Made by a program: the position numbers and the translations under genes. Below the pieces are notes generated by a model, which had not been told where the DNA came from, ran no database searches, and worked only from the letters and a program-made list of their open reading frames with translations. From a virus (lineage: Duplodnaviria > Caudoviricetes), in IMG/VR virus record IMGVR_UViG_3300031519_000139, positions 1-30,998 of that record: a DNA stretch of 30,998 nucleotides. One strand, written 5' to 3'. Every line of letters starts with the position of its first letter. The stretch's first letter is position 1. Positions 1-9,506 of this stretch are shown here, one piece after another.

Positions 1-920
1 AAGGTGACGTTAATACGTTTACAAACAGAATGGAACCAAACGTTGTAACCGATGAGGATCACAACAGCGATGCTAATTGTGCCAAAGTACTCGCAACACA
101 ACAAGGATTTAATCACACTGAAGTTGTAATAACTCCTCAAAAATATATCGAAATGTGGGATGACAGCATATACTACATGGAACAACCGGTATACAATCCT
201 AGCATGTCTATGTACTGTTATACTAATAGATTCTTATCACAAGACAACATTGTAGTAACACTAGCCGGAGACATGGGAGATGAGATACTAGGCGGGTATA
301 CTAGATATTGGAAACTATTAAGAAATAAAGATTATCTAAACAAGCAACTAGGAAAAACACAAATAGAAAGTTGGGACGATGTACTAAAATTGTGGCTACA
401 AAGAATAAAGCGTCCGTTGGACCTATCAAACAAACCTGTTAATGATTCAACATTATTAGAAGAATTTAAAAAATGTTACCCCGGAGACTTGTGGAATCCA
501 GAAGATCCTGTTGGTTCTTTTATGGCGTTAGATTGTGTTGCACAGGTTCCAGAAGAGATGTTTAGTAGAAACGACAAGTACGGAATGGCACATGGCATGG
601 AAGGACGTTTCCCATTTGCAACTAAAATGTTTATGAAATATTGTATGAGTATGCATACTGAATTAAAAATAGGTCTCAACAAGAGTGATACTAAACTTTT
701 TATAAAACAAACTTACAGAGAAATACTGCCTAATCAAATTATTAACAAGAAAAAAACTGGATGGACTGTTCCTGTTAGTAATTGGCTAGCCTCAAATACT
801 AACATTGATCTTACAGCATTTTATAAAAAAAGAACAGGTAGTAATGCCATGTCAGGCAAGACCGTAGTACCGGCTTGGATCGTTAGTGATTGGATTAAAA
901 ACTACCATATGACTAGGTAG
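1..920 (+). CDS. asnB: Asparagine synthetase (glutamine-hydrolysing)-like amidotransferase, C-terminal part (5' truncated by window)
   Basis: Frame is open from base 3. Motifs VTLAGDMGDEILGGY, RNDKYGMAHGMEGRFPF and KKKTGW match the Asn synthase C-terminal domain. In a glycan cluster it is probably a sugar amidotransferase. Confidence 0.85.
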   Translation, partial: GDVNTFTNRMEPNVVTDEDHNSDANCAKVLATQQGFNHTEVVITPQKYIEMWDDSIYYMEQPVYNPSMSMYCYTNRFLSQDNIVVTLAGDMGDEILGGYTRYWKLLRNKDYLNKQLGKTQIESWDDVLKLWLQRIKRPLDLSNKPVNDSTLLEEFKKCYPGDLWNPEDPVGSFMALDCVAQVPEEMFSRNDKYGMAHGMEGRFPFATKMFMKYCMSMHTELKIGLNKSDTKLFIKQTYREILPNQIINKKKTGWTVPVSNWLASNTNIDLTAFYKKRTGSNAMSGKTVVPAWIVSDWIKNYHMTR

Positions 921-922
921 AT

Positions 923-928
923 TAAATA
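923..928 (+). promoter_or_regulatory. TAAATA late-type promoter motif 8 nt before ATG 937 (leaderless)
   Basis: Recurrent TAAATA-N5-10-ATG motif, resembling the T4 late promoter TATAAATA; no SD. Confidence 0.5.
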
Positions 929-936
929 TACACATT

Positions 937-1818
937 ATGAAGATTAAAGTTATAACATCATACAAACCGGGTACATGGAACGAGTATGCCAAGAGAGCAG
1001 TTGACAGTGTATTACAACATTGGCCTGCAGACACTGATGTTGCAGTTTACCACGAAGGACAGACTCAGGATATTTTTGAACATCCTAGGGTTCAATGGTT
1101 AGATGCACACGAAGTACAACCGGAGTTATTAAATTTTAAAAACAAATATAAAGATGACCCTGTTGCCAACGGAGAAATACAAGAAATACCAAACGGCATT
1201 CGTAGGCCAGGACCTATGCCAACGAAAGGTTCATTCCAATGGAACGCTGTAAGGTTTGCAAACAAAGTATTCTGTGTAACTCATGCTGTAAAATCATCTC
1301 CAGGGTATGATTATATTATTTGGTTGGACGCCGACACATATTCCTTCAGGGCCATGCCAAAAGAATTTCTAGAAAACTTATTACCAGCAGATACAATGTT
1401 GACATACCTGGGCCGTACAAATCCAGACCTAAAAGATCAGGGGAAGGATCCGGAGTGTGGTTTTGTTGGTTACAACTTAAATCATCCAGAGATACAGAAT
1501 TACAACAACGACTGGGAAAAAATGTATACCAGCGATGACGTTTTTAAACTAACGCTAGGGTGGACTGACTGTTCGACCTTATGGCACCTATCAAAGCTAT
1601 ACCGGAAAGAGAAAAATGTTAAAGTTAACGACATTGGACGTTGGAAGGGAGTTAAAGGACATCATGTATTCATCAACAGCGAACTGGGCCTATACATGGA
1701 CCACTTCAAAGGTAACAGAAAAGAAGCAGGCACTAGTGCTAAGAAAGATTTCAAACCACAAACACTCGAAGCTACAAAAGATATAACAGAACTAGATTAC
1801 TGGAAGACAATACAGTGA
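937..1818 (+). CDS. Glycosyltransferase-like protein (GT-A, nucleotide-diphospho-sugar transferase)
   Basis: AVRFANKVFC followed by the IIWLDAD DxD motif; C-terminal DHFKG; glycan-gene context. Confidence 0.7.
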   Translation: MKIKVITSYKPGTWNEYAKRAVDSVLQHWPADTDVAVYHEGQTQDIFEHPRVQWLDAHEVQPELLNFKNKYKDDPVANGEIQEIPNGIRRPGPMPTKGSFQWNAVRFANKVFCVTHAVKSSPGYDYIIWLDADTYSFRAMPKEFLENLLPADTMLTYLGRTNPDLKDQGKDPECGFVGYNLNHPEIQNYNNDWEKMYTSDDVFKLTLGWTDCSTLWHLSKLYRKEKNVKVNDIGRWKGVKGHHVFINSELGLYMDHFKGNRKEAGTSAKKDFKPQTLEATKDITELDYWKTIQ

Positions 1819-2690
1819 AGATAAGTTGCTTTACAGATTATGGCCCATTAAATTCTAAAACTGTATTTGACGCTTTCTTAAAAAGTATGAGACAGGCCGG
1901 AGACACTGTGTTTGTCAACAAGGACGATGGACAATGTGATGTAGCTGTTATATGGTCAGTGCTGTGGCAAGGCAGGATGGCCAAATATCGTAGTATATGG
2001 GAAACATATCGGAATAAGAACAAACCTGTCATTGTAGTAGAAGTAGGTGGTATAAAAAGAAATGAGACCTGGAAGATAGGGATCAACGGAGTAAACAGAG
2101 AGGCCGATTTTGCTAACGATATGGTAGACGGCGAACGTTGGAAAAAATTTAATGTTGAACTCGAACCTTGGAAGCAGACAGGTAACAACATAATCATATG
2201 TGGACAGCATACCAACAGTCACCAGTGGAGGAATAATCCACCAATGTCAAAATGGTTTGATCAAAAGATAACAGAGCTCAGGAAGTACACAGACAAGCCT
2301 ATTATCATCAGACCACATCCTAGGAATCATGTGGCAATAGACACAACAAAATACAAGGACGTAAAGATGGTAGGTCCTAGAAGAGATAAGAACACATACG
2401 ACGACACGGATCTGGCAGACCGATTAAAGTCAGCCTGGGCTGTGGTTAGTCATTCGAGCAATCCTGCCATGACAGCAGTGTTCTCAGGAATTCCTGTATA
2501 TGTTTCCGAGGCCAGTTTAACTTATGAAGTTGGTAATAAAACATTTGAAAATATCAATAATCCCGAAATGCCCGATAGACAACACTGGGCAAACAAGTTA
2601 GCATACACGGAATGGTGGACTGATGAGATAGAACAAGGTCTGCCATGGAAAAGAATTAAAAAACGACTAGCGGACAATTACTTGACATGA
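1815..2690 (+). CDS. Capsule-polysaccharide-type (KpsS/KpsC-like, GT-B) glycosyltransferase-like protein
   Basis: IIIRPHP and VVSHSSNPAMTAVFSGIPV motifs; GTGA overlap with the upstream gene. Confidence 0.6.
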   Translation: MKISCFTDYGPLNSKTVFDAFLKSMRQAGDTVFVNKDDGQCDVAVIWSVLWQGRMAKYRSIWETYRNKNKPVIVVEVGGIKRNETWKIGINGVNREADFANDMVDGERWKKFNVELEPWKQTGNNIIICGQHTNSHQWRNNPPMSKWFDQKITELRKYTDKPIIIRPHPRNHVAIDTTKYKDVKMVGPRRDKNTYDDTDLADRLKSAWAVVSHSSNPAMTAVFSGIPVYVSEASLTYEVGNKTFENINNPEMPDRQHWANKLAYTEWWTDEIEQGLPWKRIKKRLADNYLT

Positions 2691-3415
2691 TAAAGATAGA
2701 ACCTATAGAATGGAAACCTTACGAGGGAGAGACAGTCAACACTAATCTTATAATACGTAACGGAAAAAAAATACAGGAGACTGCATTTTATGAAGACAAG
2801 GTAAAAGTAGTTCCACGTGGTAATGCATATATCATAGGTAACGGACCATCACGTATAGGTTTTGATCTAAATCAACTAAAAGCATCAGGACAGACATATG
2901 GCTGTAATGCATTGTACAGAGACTTTATGCCAGACTTTATATTTTCTGTTGATACTAAAATAACACAGAAGATGGTGGAGGATGAAGTTGGGTTGAAGAC
3001 ATACCACTATGCACCATCACTAGAAGTTAACAGGAAACAGTCTAAGGGTATGTTACATCTCATACCAAACAACCCTTACTGGATCTCAGGTAATGCGGCA
3101 TTTTGGACAGCAGGGGTACACGGACACAAGAACATCTATCTATTAGGATTTGATTTTAGGGAGTTTGGCAAAGGCGAACTGAACAACATCTATCAAGATA
3201 CAGATAACTATGGTCCACGTAACGATGATAAAATATTCGAAGGGTGGCTAAAACAGTTCAGAGACATGCTTAAGATGAGACCGTATGTAAACTACATCAT
3301 GGTGCATGACAATCCACCAGAGTACATGCATAATGTACAGACAGGTACCGACATGGGTAATAGTTCTATAATAAGTTACAAGAAATTTGAAGAGACTGTA
3401 TTAACCAGTTCTTGA
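2687..3415 (+). CDS. Maf/DUF115-like (sialyltransferase-fold) protein
   Basis: AYIIGNGPSR, YGCNALY, SG..A and IYLLGFD motif series; ATGA overlap. Confidence 0.6.
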   Translation: MIKIEPIEWKPYEGETVNTNLIIRNGKKIQETAFYEDKVKVVPRGNAYIIGNGPSRIGFDLNQLKASGQTYGCNALYRDFMPDFIFSVDTKITQKMVEDEVGLKTYHYAPSLEVNRKQSKGMLHLIPNNPYWISGNAAFWTAGVHGHKNIYLLGFDFREFGKGELNNIYQDTDNYGPRNDDKIFEGWLKQFRDMLKMRPYVNYIMVHDNPPEYMHNVQTGTDMGNSSIISYKKFEETVLTSS

Positions 3416-3883
3416 AAGATTCAATCCTGCTAGTCTAAATTTGTTCCTGAAGGCAAAGAAGTTAGCGTTGTGATTAGAGTAAGGGTCTTCTATAATAGTC
3501 ATTTGGTATAGGTGCACCATCTCATGTGCCAGTGTCTCAATGAAGTCTCTCCATGTAGGATATTTTGAATGTAGTTCTATAGCAAAGTCGATCTCACATT
3601 TACCATAAGGTATCACACTTTGGTCATATGTACCTTTTCTACACTTCCTATTATCCCAATTGGCCCAACATCTACCCCAGTCGTTAGTCATTCTCAAGAT
3701 GTAAAGAGGAACATTTGGTAATTTATTGTTGAACAATCCTGTGTTCAGATGTTTGAACCAGTGGTATGCCTGTTGCTCTGTGGGTTTGAAGCCAACAATG
3801 TTCTTGCGTCTGATCAGAGTATTCTCCAATCTGATCTTCAATGCTTTCCGTTGACTGTATGTTTTTTTCTTTATTTTTTTCAT
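3401..3883 (-). CDS. SprT-like zinc metalloprotease
   Basis: LNTGLFNNKLP, TLAHEMVHLYQ (HExxH) and a downstream H..NF motif. The ATG at 3883 is preferred as start. Confidence 0.8.
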   Translation of the reverse strand: MKKIKKKTYSQRKALKIRLENTLIRRKNIVGFKPTEQQAYHWFKHLNTGLFNNKLPNVPLYILRMTNDWGRCWANWDNRKCRKGTYDQSVIPYGKCEIDFAIELHSKYPTWRDFIETLAHEMVHLYQMTIIEDPYSNHNANFFAFRNKFRLAGLNLSRTG

Positions 3884-3885
3884 GG

Positions 3886-3918
3886 TTGACAAATTTACCA
3901 ATTATGCTACACTATAAT
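3886..3918 (+). promoter_or_regulatory. Sigma70-like promoter for the replication operon
   Basis: TTGACA at 3886-3891, TGn-TACACT at 3905-3913, overlapping TATAAT at 3913-3918. Confidence 0.55.
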
Positions 3919-3937
3919 AATAATTATCTTAAAATAC

Positions 3938-5296
3938 ATGGACAATATGCACACAGATTTACCAAAAACAATTAACGAAGCACTTAAAATACTAGCATAT
4001 AATGATTATTTCTGGTTAAGTACCCCGGATACCCAAAAAACCCTTATTAGCCCCCATCCAAAAGATAAAGAAACTGTAACATCACTAGCAGAATCACAAT
4101 ATGTGTGGACAGAAAAACAGGCAAAATTAGCACTGGTAATCTTAAAAAGATACCTAACCAAGTTCCAAGCACACGGCATGAACATTAAAACACTGTTGGA
4201 TAAACCTGTATACGAAGACGAATTTAGAGTAATCAGCTTTGACAAGAGCATAGAGAAATTTATTGATGACGATGAGCAGGAAAAGATCGAAGTAAAATTT
4301 CCTTATAACAAAAAAATTATATCACTTATCAGATTATTAAAAGACAAAAGAGGATTGCCAGGCGGGTATGCACTGTATGACGGTGAAGCAAAGAAATGGA
4401 CTTTCCTACAGTCAGATGTCACAACGTACTACCTAACACTGATTGCAGTACGTTACGATTTTAAATTTATAGATGTATCGTTACTAGATGATTATGAAAA
4501 AGTCAAACAAGAAATATCAGGATACAAGAGTCCCACAGCAAGACTTGTCGCCGGGAATGTTGTTTTAGATAATGCTACAAATTCTTTGCAGGAGTACTGG
4601 GAAGAAAACTTGAAACATAAGTCAGCAATAGAGCAAGTTGATTCATTAAAAAATTTTAGTATAAAGACAAACGGCATTAGTGTATCGGCTGAGACAACAG
4701 TAGGTTACAAAATAGCACACAACAACTATCACAAGTTGTGGATAGATTCTGAGGGATTCACTAAAAGTGAAGTTGTAAAAGGATTAATAGAATTGAATTG
4801 TTTTCCAATCATGATGCCAGTGAGTGGAGAAATGAATACAAAAGAAGAGGTACATGAATTCTGGGAGTGGATGAACGCATTCAAGGCTAACGGTATAGAC
4901 ATACTAACCGAGTGCTCGTGGGGTTTTGATGTTAAAGAACCTGTGTACATGAAAGATTTAGAAAGTCGAAATTTAAGCCAGAGACAGATGATGATCAACA
5001 ACAATACATCCAGAGATTTCTTTGAAAACCTATTTGAACTACACCAAATGAGCAAACAGTTCAAGTTCATAAACAAAAAAACTAAAGTTATATTTGTGAG
5101 AAACAGGATCCCGAGAGCGTTAATTAGGAGTAACATAAAACCAAAATCATCATTAGTATCACTTGGTGGTGGTTACTTTGCATCAGGAACAGATAATCTA
5201 AAAAGACTTCTTGAGAATCTTCCAAAAAAGTTGTATTATAGTAATCATCAGCCGAGTAATTGGGATTGGCATGATCATATAATAGTGAAACTTTAA
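3938..5296 (+). CDS. Hypothetical protein preceding the helicase
   Basis: 452-aa ORF with typical codon usage, 2 nt before the helicase start; no motif recognised. Confidence 0.75.
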   Translation: MDNMHTDLPKTINEALKILAYNDYFWLSTPDTQKTLISPHPKDKETVTSLAESQYVWTEKQAKLALVILKRYLTKFQAHGMNIKTLLDKPVYEDEFRVISFDKSIEKFIDDDEQEKIEVKFPYNKKIISLIRLLKDKRGLPGGYALYDGEAKKWTFLQSDVTTYYLTLIAVRYDFKFIDVSLLDDYEKVKQEISGYKSPTARLVAGNVVLDNATNSLQEYWEENLKHKSAIEQVDSLKNFSIKTNGISVSAETTVGYKIAHNNYHKLWIDSEGFTKSEVVKGLIELNCFPIMMPVSGEMNTKEEVHEFWEWMNAFKANGIDILTECSWGFDVKEPVYMKDLESRNLSQRQMMINNNTSRDFFENLFELHQMSKQFKFINKKTKVIFVRNRIPRALIRSNIKPKSSLVSLGGGYFASGTDNLKRLLENLPKKLYYSNHQPSNWDWHDHIIVKL

Positions 5297-5298
5297 TT

Positions 5299-6762
5299 AT
5301 GAGCAGTTGTAAATTAGTAATCAAAGACGAAGTGAACGTCAAATTTGAGAATCTTTCCCTGGAATGGAGGAAGAGGCTATCCAATAAATTCAAATATGAA
5401 ATACCGTATGCTAGACATCTTCCAGCGGTCAAGTTGGGCCGATGGGATGGTAAAATATCATTCTTTGGTCTAGGTGGTACGACATATCTAAATCTTGTTG
5501 ATCAAATACTTCCCATACTAGAAGATGGCGGTGTGTATGTAGAGATGGAAGATCGCAGAGAGCAACACAACTTTGAATTCAAAGTAGTAGATAAAAATTA
5601 CCTTTCACACATCACATGGCCTGTCAATCATCCGATGGCGGGACAGCCAATAGAATTAAGAGACTACCAAGTAGAGACAATAAACAAATTTATAGAAAAT
5701 CCACAGTGCATACAAGAGATTGCCACAGGAGCAGGTAAAACAATCATTACTGCGGCACTGTGCCAATTGGTCGAGCCTTATGGACGTACACTGACTATTG
5801 TACCAAACAAAAGTCTAGTAACACAAACAGAGGAGGACTTTGTTGCCTGTAATTTAGATGTGGGTGTGTACTACGGAGACAGGAAAGAGTTGGGCAGGTT
5901 TAACACTATTGCAACTTGGCAATCATTAAATGTATTAGAAAAGAAAAGCAAGGACGAACACTCAGAAGCATTTGCAGAAGCTATTCAAGGAATCAACACA
6001 GTGATAATTGACGAAGTACACATGGCCAAGGCAGATGTGCTTAAAAGATTGTTAACTGGTCCTTTTGCACACTGTGGCATACGTTGGGGGCTGACAGGTA
6101 CAGTACCCAAAGCAGACTACGAGTTCATGGGGTTGAAATGTAGCATAGGAGATGTTACACACAGAATTCAAGCAAGTGAATTGCAAGACAAAGGTGTACT
6201 TGCAAACTGTCACGTAAATGTTTTACAGACACAGGATCATCCAATGTTCAAAACATATGCAGAAGAACTTAAATGGCTTACAACAGACAAGGTCAGAATG
6301 AAGTGGGTAGCAAACACTATAAAAGATATTTCAACATCAGGTAACACACTGATACTTGTCGATAGGATATCGGCAGGACAAATACTACAGGAACAACTTG
6401 AGGATTCGGTTTTCGTATCTGGATCAACTAAAAACATAGACAGGAAGGAACAATATGATGAAGTATCTACTGCAACAAATAAAATTATTATCGCCACATA
6501 TGGAGTTGCCAGTGTTGGTATTAACATTCCTCGTATTTTTAATCTTGTTCTCATAGAGCCGGGCAAGTCGTTTGTTCGTGTGATACAGAGCATAGGAAGA
6601 GGAATAAGAAAGGCTGAGGACAAAGAGAACGTGCAAATATGGGATATTACCAGTAGTTGCAAGTTTGCAAAAAGACACTTGGGGGCAAGGAAAAAGTTTT
6701 ACAAAGAGGCCAATTACCCGTATAATATAGAGAAAGTAAATTATGAAAATCCTTACACTTGA
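5299..6762 (+). CDS. uvsW: SF2 DNA helicase, UvsW-like
   Basis: LRDYQ, Walker A ATGAGKT, DEVH, GLTGT, GINIP and QSIGRGIR motifs. Confidence 0.88.
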   Translation: MSSCKLVIKDEVNVKFENLSLEWRKRLSNKFKYEIPYARHLPAVKLGRWDGKISFFGLGGTTYLNLVDQILPILEDGGVYVEMEDRREQHNFEFKVVDKNYLSHITWPVNHPMAGQPIELRDYQVETINKFIENPQCIQEIATGAGKTIITAALCQLVEPYGRTLTIVPNKSLVTQTEEDFVACNLDVGVYYGDRKELGRFNTIATWQSLNVLEKKSKDEHSEAFAEAIQGINTVIIDEVHMAKADVLKRLLTGPFAHCGIRWGLTGTVPKADYEFMGLKCSIGDVTHRIQASELQDKGVLANCHVNVLQTQDHPMFKTYAEELKWLTTDKVRMKWVANTIKDISTSGNTLILVDRISAGQILQEQLEDSVFVSGSTKNIDRKEQYDEVSTATNKIIIATYGVASVGINIPRIFNLVLIEPGKSFVRVIQSIGRGIRKAEDKENVQIWDITSSCKFAKRHLGARKKFYKEANYPYNIEKVNYENPYT

Positions 6763-7246
6763 TGATCGAGCATACAGCATAGAGAAGATACCCGAGTGGG
6801 TTGATGAAAAATTGAGGTTCGCAGTACTAGATAATTCCGATCCCAACAATCCAGACTTCTTCTATATACCTTTAATATTTCTAGAGAGTTTCAATGCACC
6901 AGCGGCAGTACTACAAATTGGCGAACACAAGATCAAGATGCCTTTGGATTGGAAGATGTTGATAGGTGAACAAGGACAACCAGAGATGCATGTGTTACCT
7001 ATAACCAGTTTAAACGATCGAGGATTTGATGCATTTACATTTAATCCACTATCAAGTGTCAAACCAGATTTTTATCCCATTGATGTTGTAGACATCTACA
7101 CCGAAGTTAAATGGTATTTTCCAAAGATCAAGTCAGGACAGATGTTAGCAGTTCCGTTAACTAATGGACCTAAACCCATCTGTGCATATTTTGTAAAAGA
7201 AATTTCAAGACAATGCGAACAGGTTGATTATGGCGACGTCTGGTAG
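6743..7246 (+). CDS. Hypothetical protein (possible degenerate Hint-like fold)
   Basis: 167-aa ORF overlapping the helicase end; beta-rich pattern. Confidence 0.7.
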   Translation: MKILTLDDRAYSIEKIPEWVDEKLRFAVLDNSDPNNPDFFYIPLIFLESFNAPAAVLQIGEHKIKMPLDWKMLIGEQGQPEMHVLPITSLNDRGFDAFTFNPLSSVKPDFYPIDVVDIYTEVKWYFPKIKSGQMLAVPLTNGPKPICAYFVKEISRQCEQVDYGDVW

Positions 7247-7460
7247 AAAATCTATAAAAATAGAAGCACCTATTATGCTTATAGAAGGCACACCAATCTG
7301 GATGGATAAAAACTGGCCTTTGGACTTCTTTGAATGGTTAAACAAAACTAAATTAAAAGTTTCAGGTATGAAACACATGAATAATAAATTACAATTAACA
7401 TTTGTAACTCCTAAAGAATGTACAATGTTTGGATTAAAATATGCCAGCAGAAAAAAGTAA
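7224..7460 (+). CDS. Hypothetical protein
   Basis: Fills the operon with overlaps on both sides; the real start is probably the ATG at 7230. Confidence 0.6.
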   Translation: MIMATSGRKSIKIEAPIMLIEGTPIWMDKNWPLDFFEWLNKTKLKVSGMKHMNNKLQLTFVTPKECTMFGLKYASRKK

Positions 7461-7899
7461 AAGGAAATTTTTTGAATTAAGGAACGGTCTTAAAGCTGTA
7501 GACTTTAGAAACAAAGACTACTACGACAGGATCGACGATCATGAGAAGTCGTTGTATTCTCCATATATGCTGATGAGATACGTGTCAAGTGTGTCTTCGA
7601 AAGATCCTTTCTATGTGGAACACTACGTTGAAATGGTTAATGAGTGTGTAAACAAACACTGTTTCACCTTAGGTAAACACAAGAAACTCCTGTGGGTGTT
7701 GACTGCTATGTGTGGTGCAGAGACACAACAGTTCCATCCATGGATCAAACCAATGAAACGTGTAGCAAATAAATCTTTAAAGAAGTTGATGCAAATTTAT
7801 CCTAACTGGAAAGAAACTGATTTAGAAGTATTAGACAAGATTATTACTGACAAAGAACTAGAGGAACTGATAGAGGCACATGGCATTGAATCTAAATAA
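7441..7899 (+). CDS. Probable clamp-loader small subunit (T4 gp62-like)
   Basis: YSPYMLMRYVS and FHPWIK resemble gp62-family motifs; size and replication context fit. Confidence 0.45.
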   Translation: MPAEKSKRKFFELRNGLKAVDFRNKDYYDRIDDHEKSLYSPYMLMRYVSSVSSKDPFYVEHYVEMVNECVNKHCFTLGKHKKLLWVLTAMCGAETQQFHPWIKPMKRVANKSLKKLMQIYPNWKETDLEVLDKIITDKELEELIEAHGIESK

Positions 7900-8566
7900 A
7901 TGTACATATTGCGGCAAGACATTCGCAAAAGAGAGAACACTACAAGTTCATCTTTGCGAACCAAAAAGAAGATATCTACAGAAAGATGAGAAGTGGGTAG
8001 TAAACGCTTTCATGGTATTCCAGAGATTCTATCAGATACACCAACACACTAGTAAGGCCAGGACATACGAAGATTTTGTTGACAGTGCTTACTACAATGC
8101 ATTTGTTAAGTTTGGCAGATACATTATGCACATCAACCCACTGTATCCAGACAAATACATAGACTATGTTTTACACTCAAAGATCAAACTCGATCACTGG
8201 GCAAGAGATGACCTTTACGAAGCATACCTAATCGATGCTCTGAAAGGGGAGCCAGTTGAAGCCGCTTTACAGAGAAGTATTGCAACAATGATGGACTGGG
8301 CAACAGAACAGAATGCACAATGGTCTGACTACTTTAGACTTGTCAACACAAACAGGGCAGTGCAACATATACAGCAAGGAAAAATAAGTCCATGGCTATT
8401 GCTAGGTTGCAACGCAGGAAAAAAAATGTTAAAATCGTTTAGCGACGAACAATTACAAATGACACAAAGATTTATAAATCCAGAGTATTGGGCAAACAAG
8501 TTTAGAAGCTTTCCGGCCGACCAGATGCTTGTGCAGGACACAGCCAAGGAGGCCAAAATTGTCTAG
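7880..8566 (+). CDS. Hypothetical protein with N-terminal zinc finger
   Basis: CTYCGKTFAKERTLQVHLC is a C2H2-like C2HC pattern. Confidence 0.7.
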   Translation: MALNLNKCTYCGKTFAKERTLQVHLCEPKRRYLQKDEKWVVNAFMVFQRFYQIHQHTSKARTYEDFVDSAYYNAFVKFGRYIMHINPLYPDKYIDYVLHSKIKLDHWARDDLYEAYLIDALKGEPVEAALQRSIATMMDWATEQNAQWSDYFRLVNTNRAVQHIQQGKISPWLLLGCNAGKKMLKSFSDEQLQMTQRFINPEYWANKFRSFPADQMLVQDTAKEAKIV

Positions 8567-8792
8567 AATAGATGTAGACGAATCAGACGAATTAGATTTT
8601 GTTGATGGTGACAGTTGTGTTATTATAAGCAAAGGCGGAGAGATAAGAAAAATTTTAGTACCAAAGATGAACACAGCAATGATAAACAGTGCTGGTTACA
8701 GAGCACTACTGGATGTGATAGATTTGTTGCAACCTGGTTCAAGGGAAGAGTTTATCAAACATAATGAGAAAGACAAAGGAAGTATACACTAA
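8559..8792 (+). CDS. Hypothetical protein
   Basis: AGGAGG at 8547-8552 precedes a TTG at 8559; TAATG coupling to the polymerase gene. Confidence 0.6.
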   Translation: MSRIDVDESDELDFVDGDSCVIISKGGEIRKILVPKMNTAMINSAGYRALLDVIDLLQPGSREEFIKHNEKDKGSIH

Positions 8793-9382
8793 TGCCTGAT
8801 GTAGACATAGATTTTTTTGACAGGGACGGAACATTAAAATTGTTCAAGCACACACCTGCATCCATGATCAGAGAAGACAAGACTGAGAAACACAAGACAG
8901 GAGTCTATTTTCATGCTATACCAGAACACCCAGTTACCGGACATGCCTCTCTAGATTACAAAAAAGCTGAAGACAGGGGTTACTTCAAGATCGATTGCCT
9001 TAATGTAAATCTATACAAAGAAGTCAAATCAGAACAAGAACTAGTTGAACTAATGATACAGGAACCGGATTGGGATATATTGAAAGATCCAAAAGTAGTG
9101 GAAAACCTTTTTCACCTAAATGGCCATTATAACATAGTGTCCAAACTAGATCCAAGGACTATCGAACAACTTGCGGCTGTACTTGCAATTATACGTCCTG
9201 CAAAAAGACAGCTGATGTACAAAGAGTGGAGTGAGATAGTAAAGGAAGTATGGGTTAAACCTACAGACGGATCTTATTTCTTCAAGAAGTCACATGCTGT
9301 TGCTTATGCCCAAGCTATTGTTGTGCAGATGAATTTGCTGACTAAAGCTAAATATAGTTTTGATGCTACATCAGAAACTTAA
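8792..9382 (+). CDS. dnaE: DNA polymerase III alpha-like (DnaE, family C) minimal catalytic core
   Basis: PDVDIDF (two catalytic Asp), H.TGVY, GYFKIDCL (third Asp), LAIIRP and FKKSHAVAYA, all in DnaE order. Confidence 0.8.
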   Translation: MPDVDIDFFDRDGTLKLFKHTPASMIREDKTEKHKTGVYFHAIPEHPVTGHASLDYKKAEDRGYFKIDCLNVNLYKEVKSEQELVELMIQEPDWDILKDPKVVENLFHLNGHYNIVSKLDPRTIEQLAAVLAIIRPAKRQLMYKEWSEIVKEVWVKPTDGSYFFKKSHAVAYAQAIVVQMNLLTKAKYSFDATSET

Positions 9383-9506
9383 AAAGAAAAATCCTAAAAA
9401 ACTTAAAAAGAAAACATACAAGATGCCTTCACATGATTGCCCTTATCAAGCGGACAATCCGTTGACTATATATTATAAAAAATATATTGAGAAAGCTAAA
9501 AGCTAG
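9363..9506 (+). CDS. Small basic hypothetical protein (47 aa), not in ORF track
   Basis: MLHQKLKKKNPKKLKKKTYKMPSHDCPYQADNPLTIYYKKYIEKAKS*; TAAATA at 9349-9354; its stop overlaps the stop of the convergent gene. Confidence 0.5.
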   Translation: MLHQKLKKKNPKKLKKKTYKMPSHDCPYQADNPLTIYYKKYIEKAKS

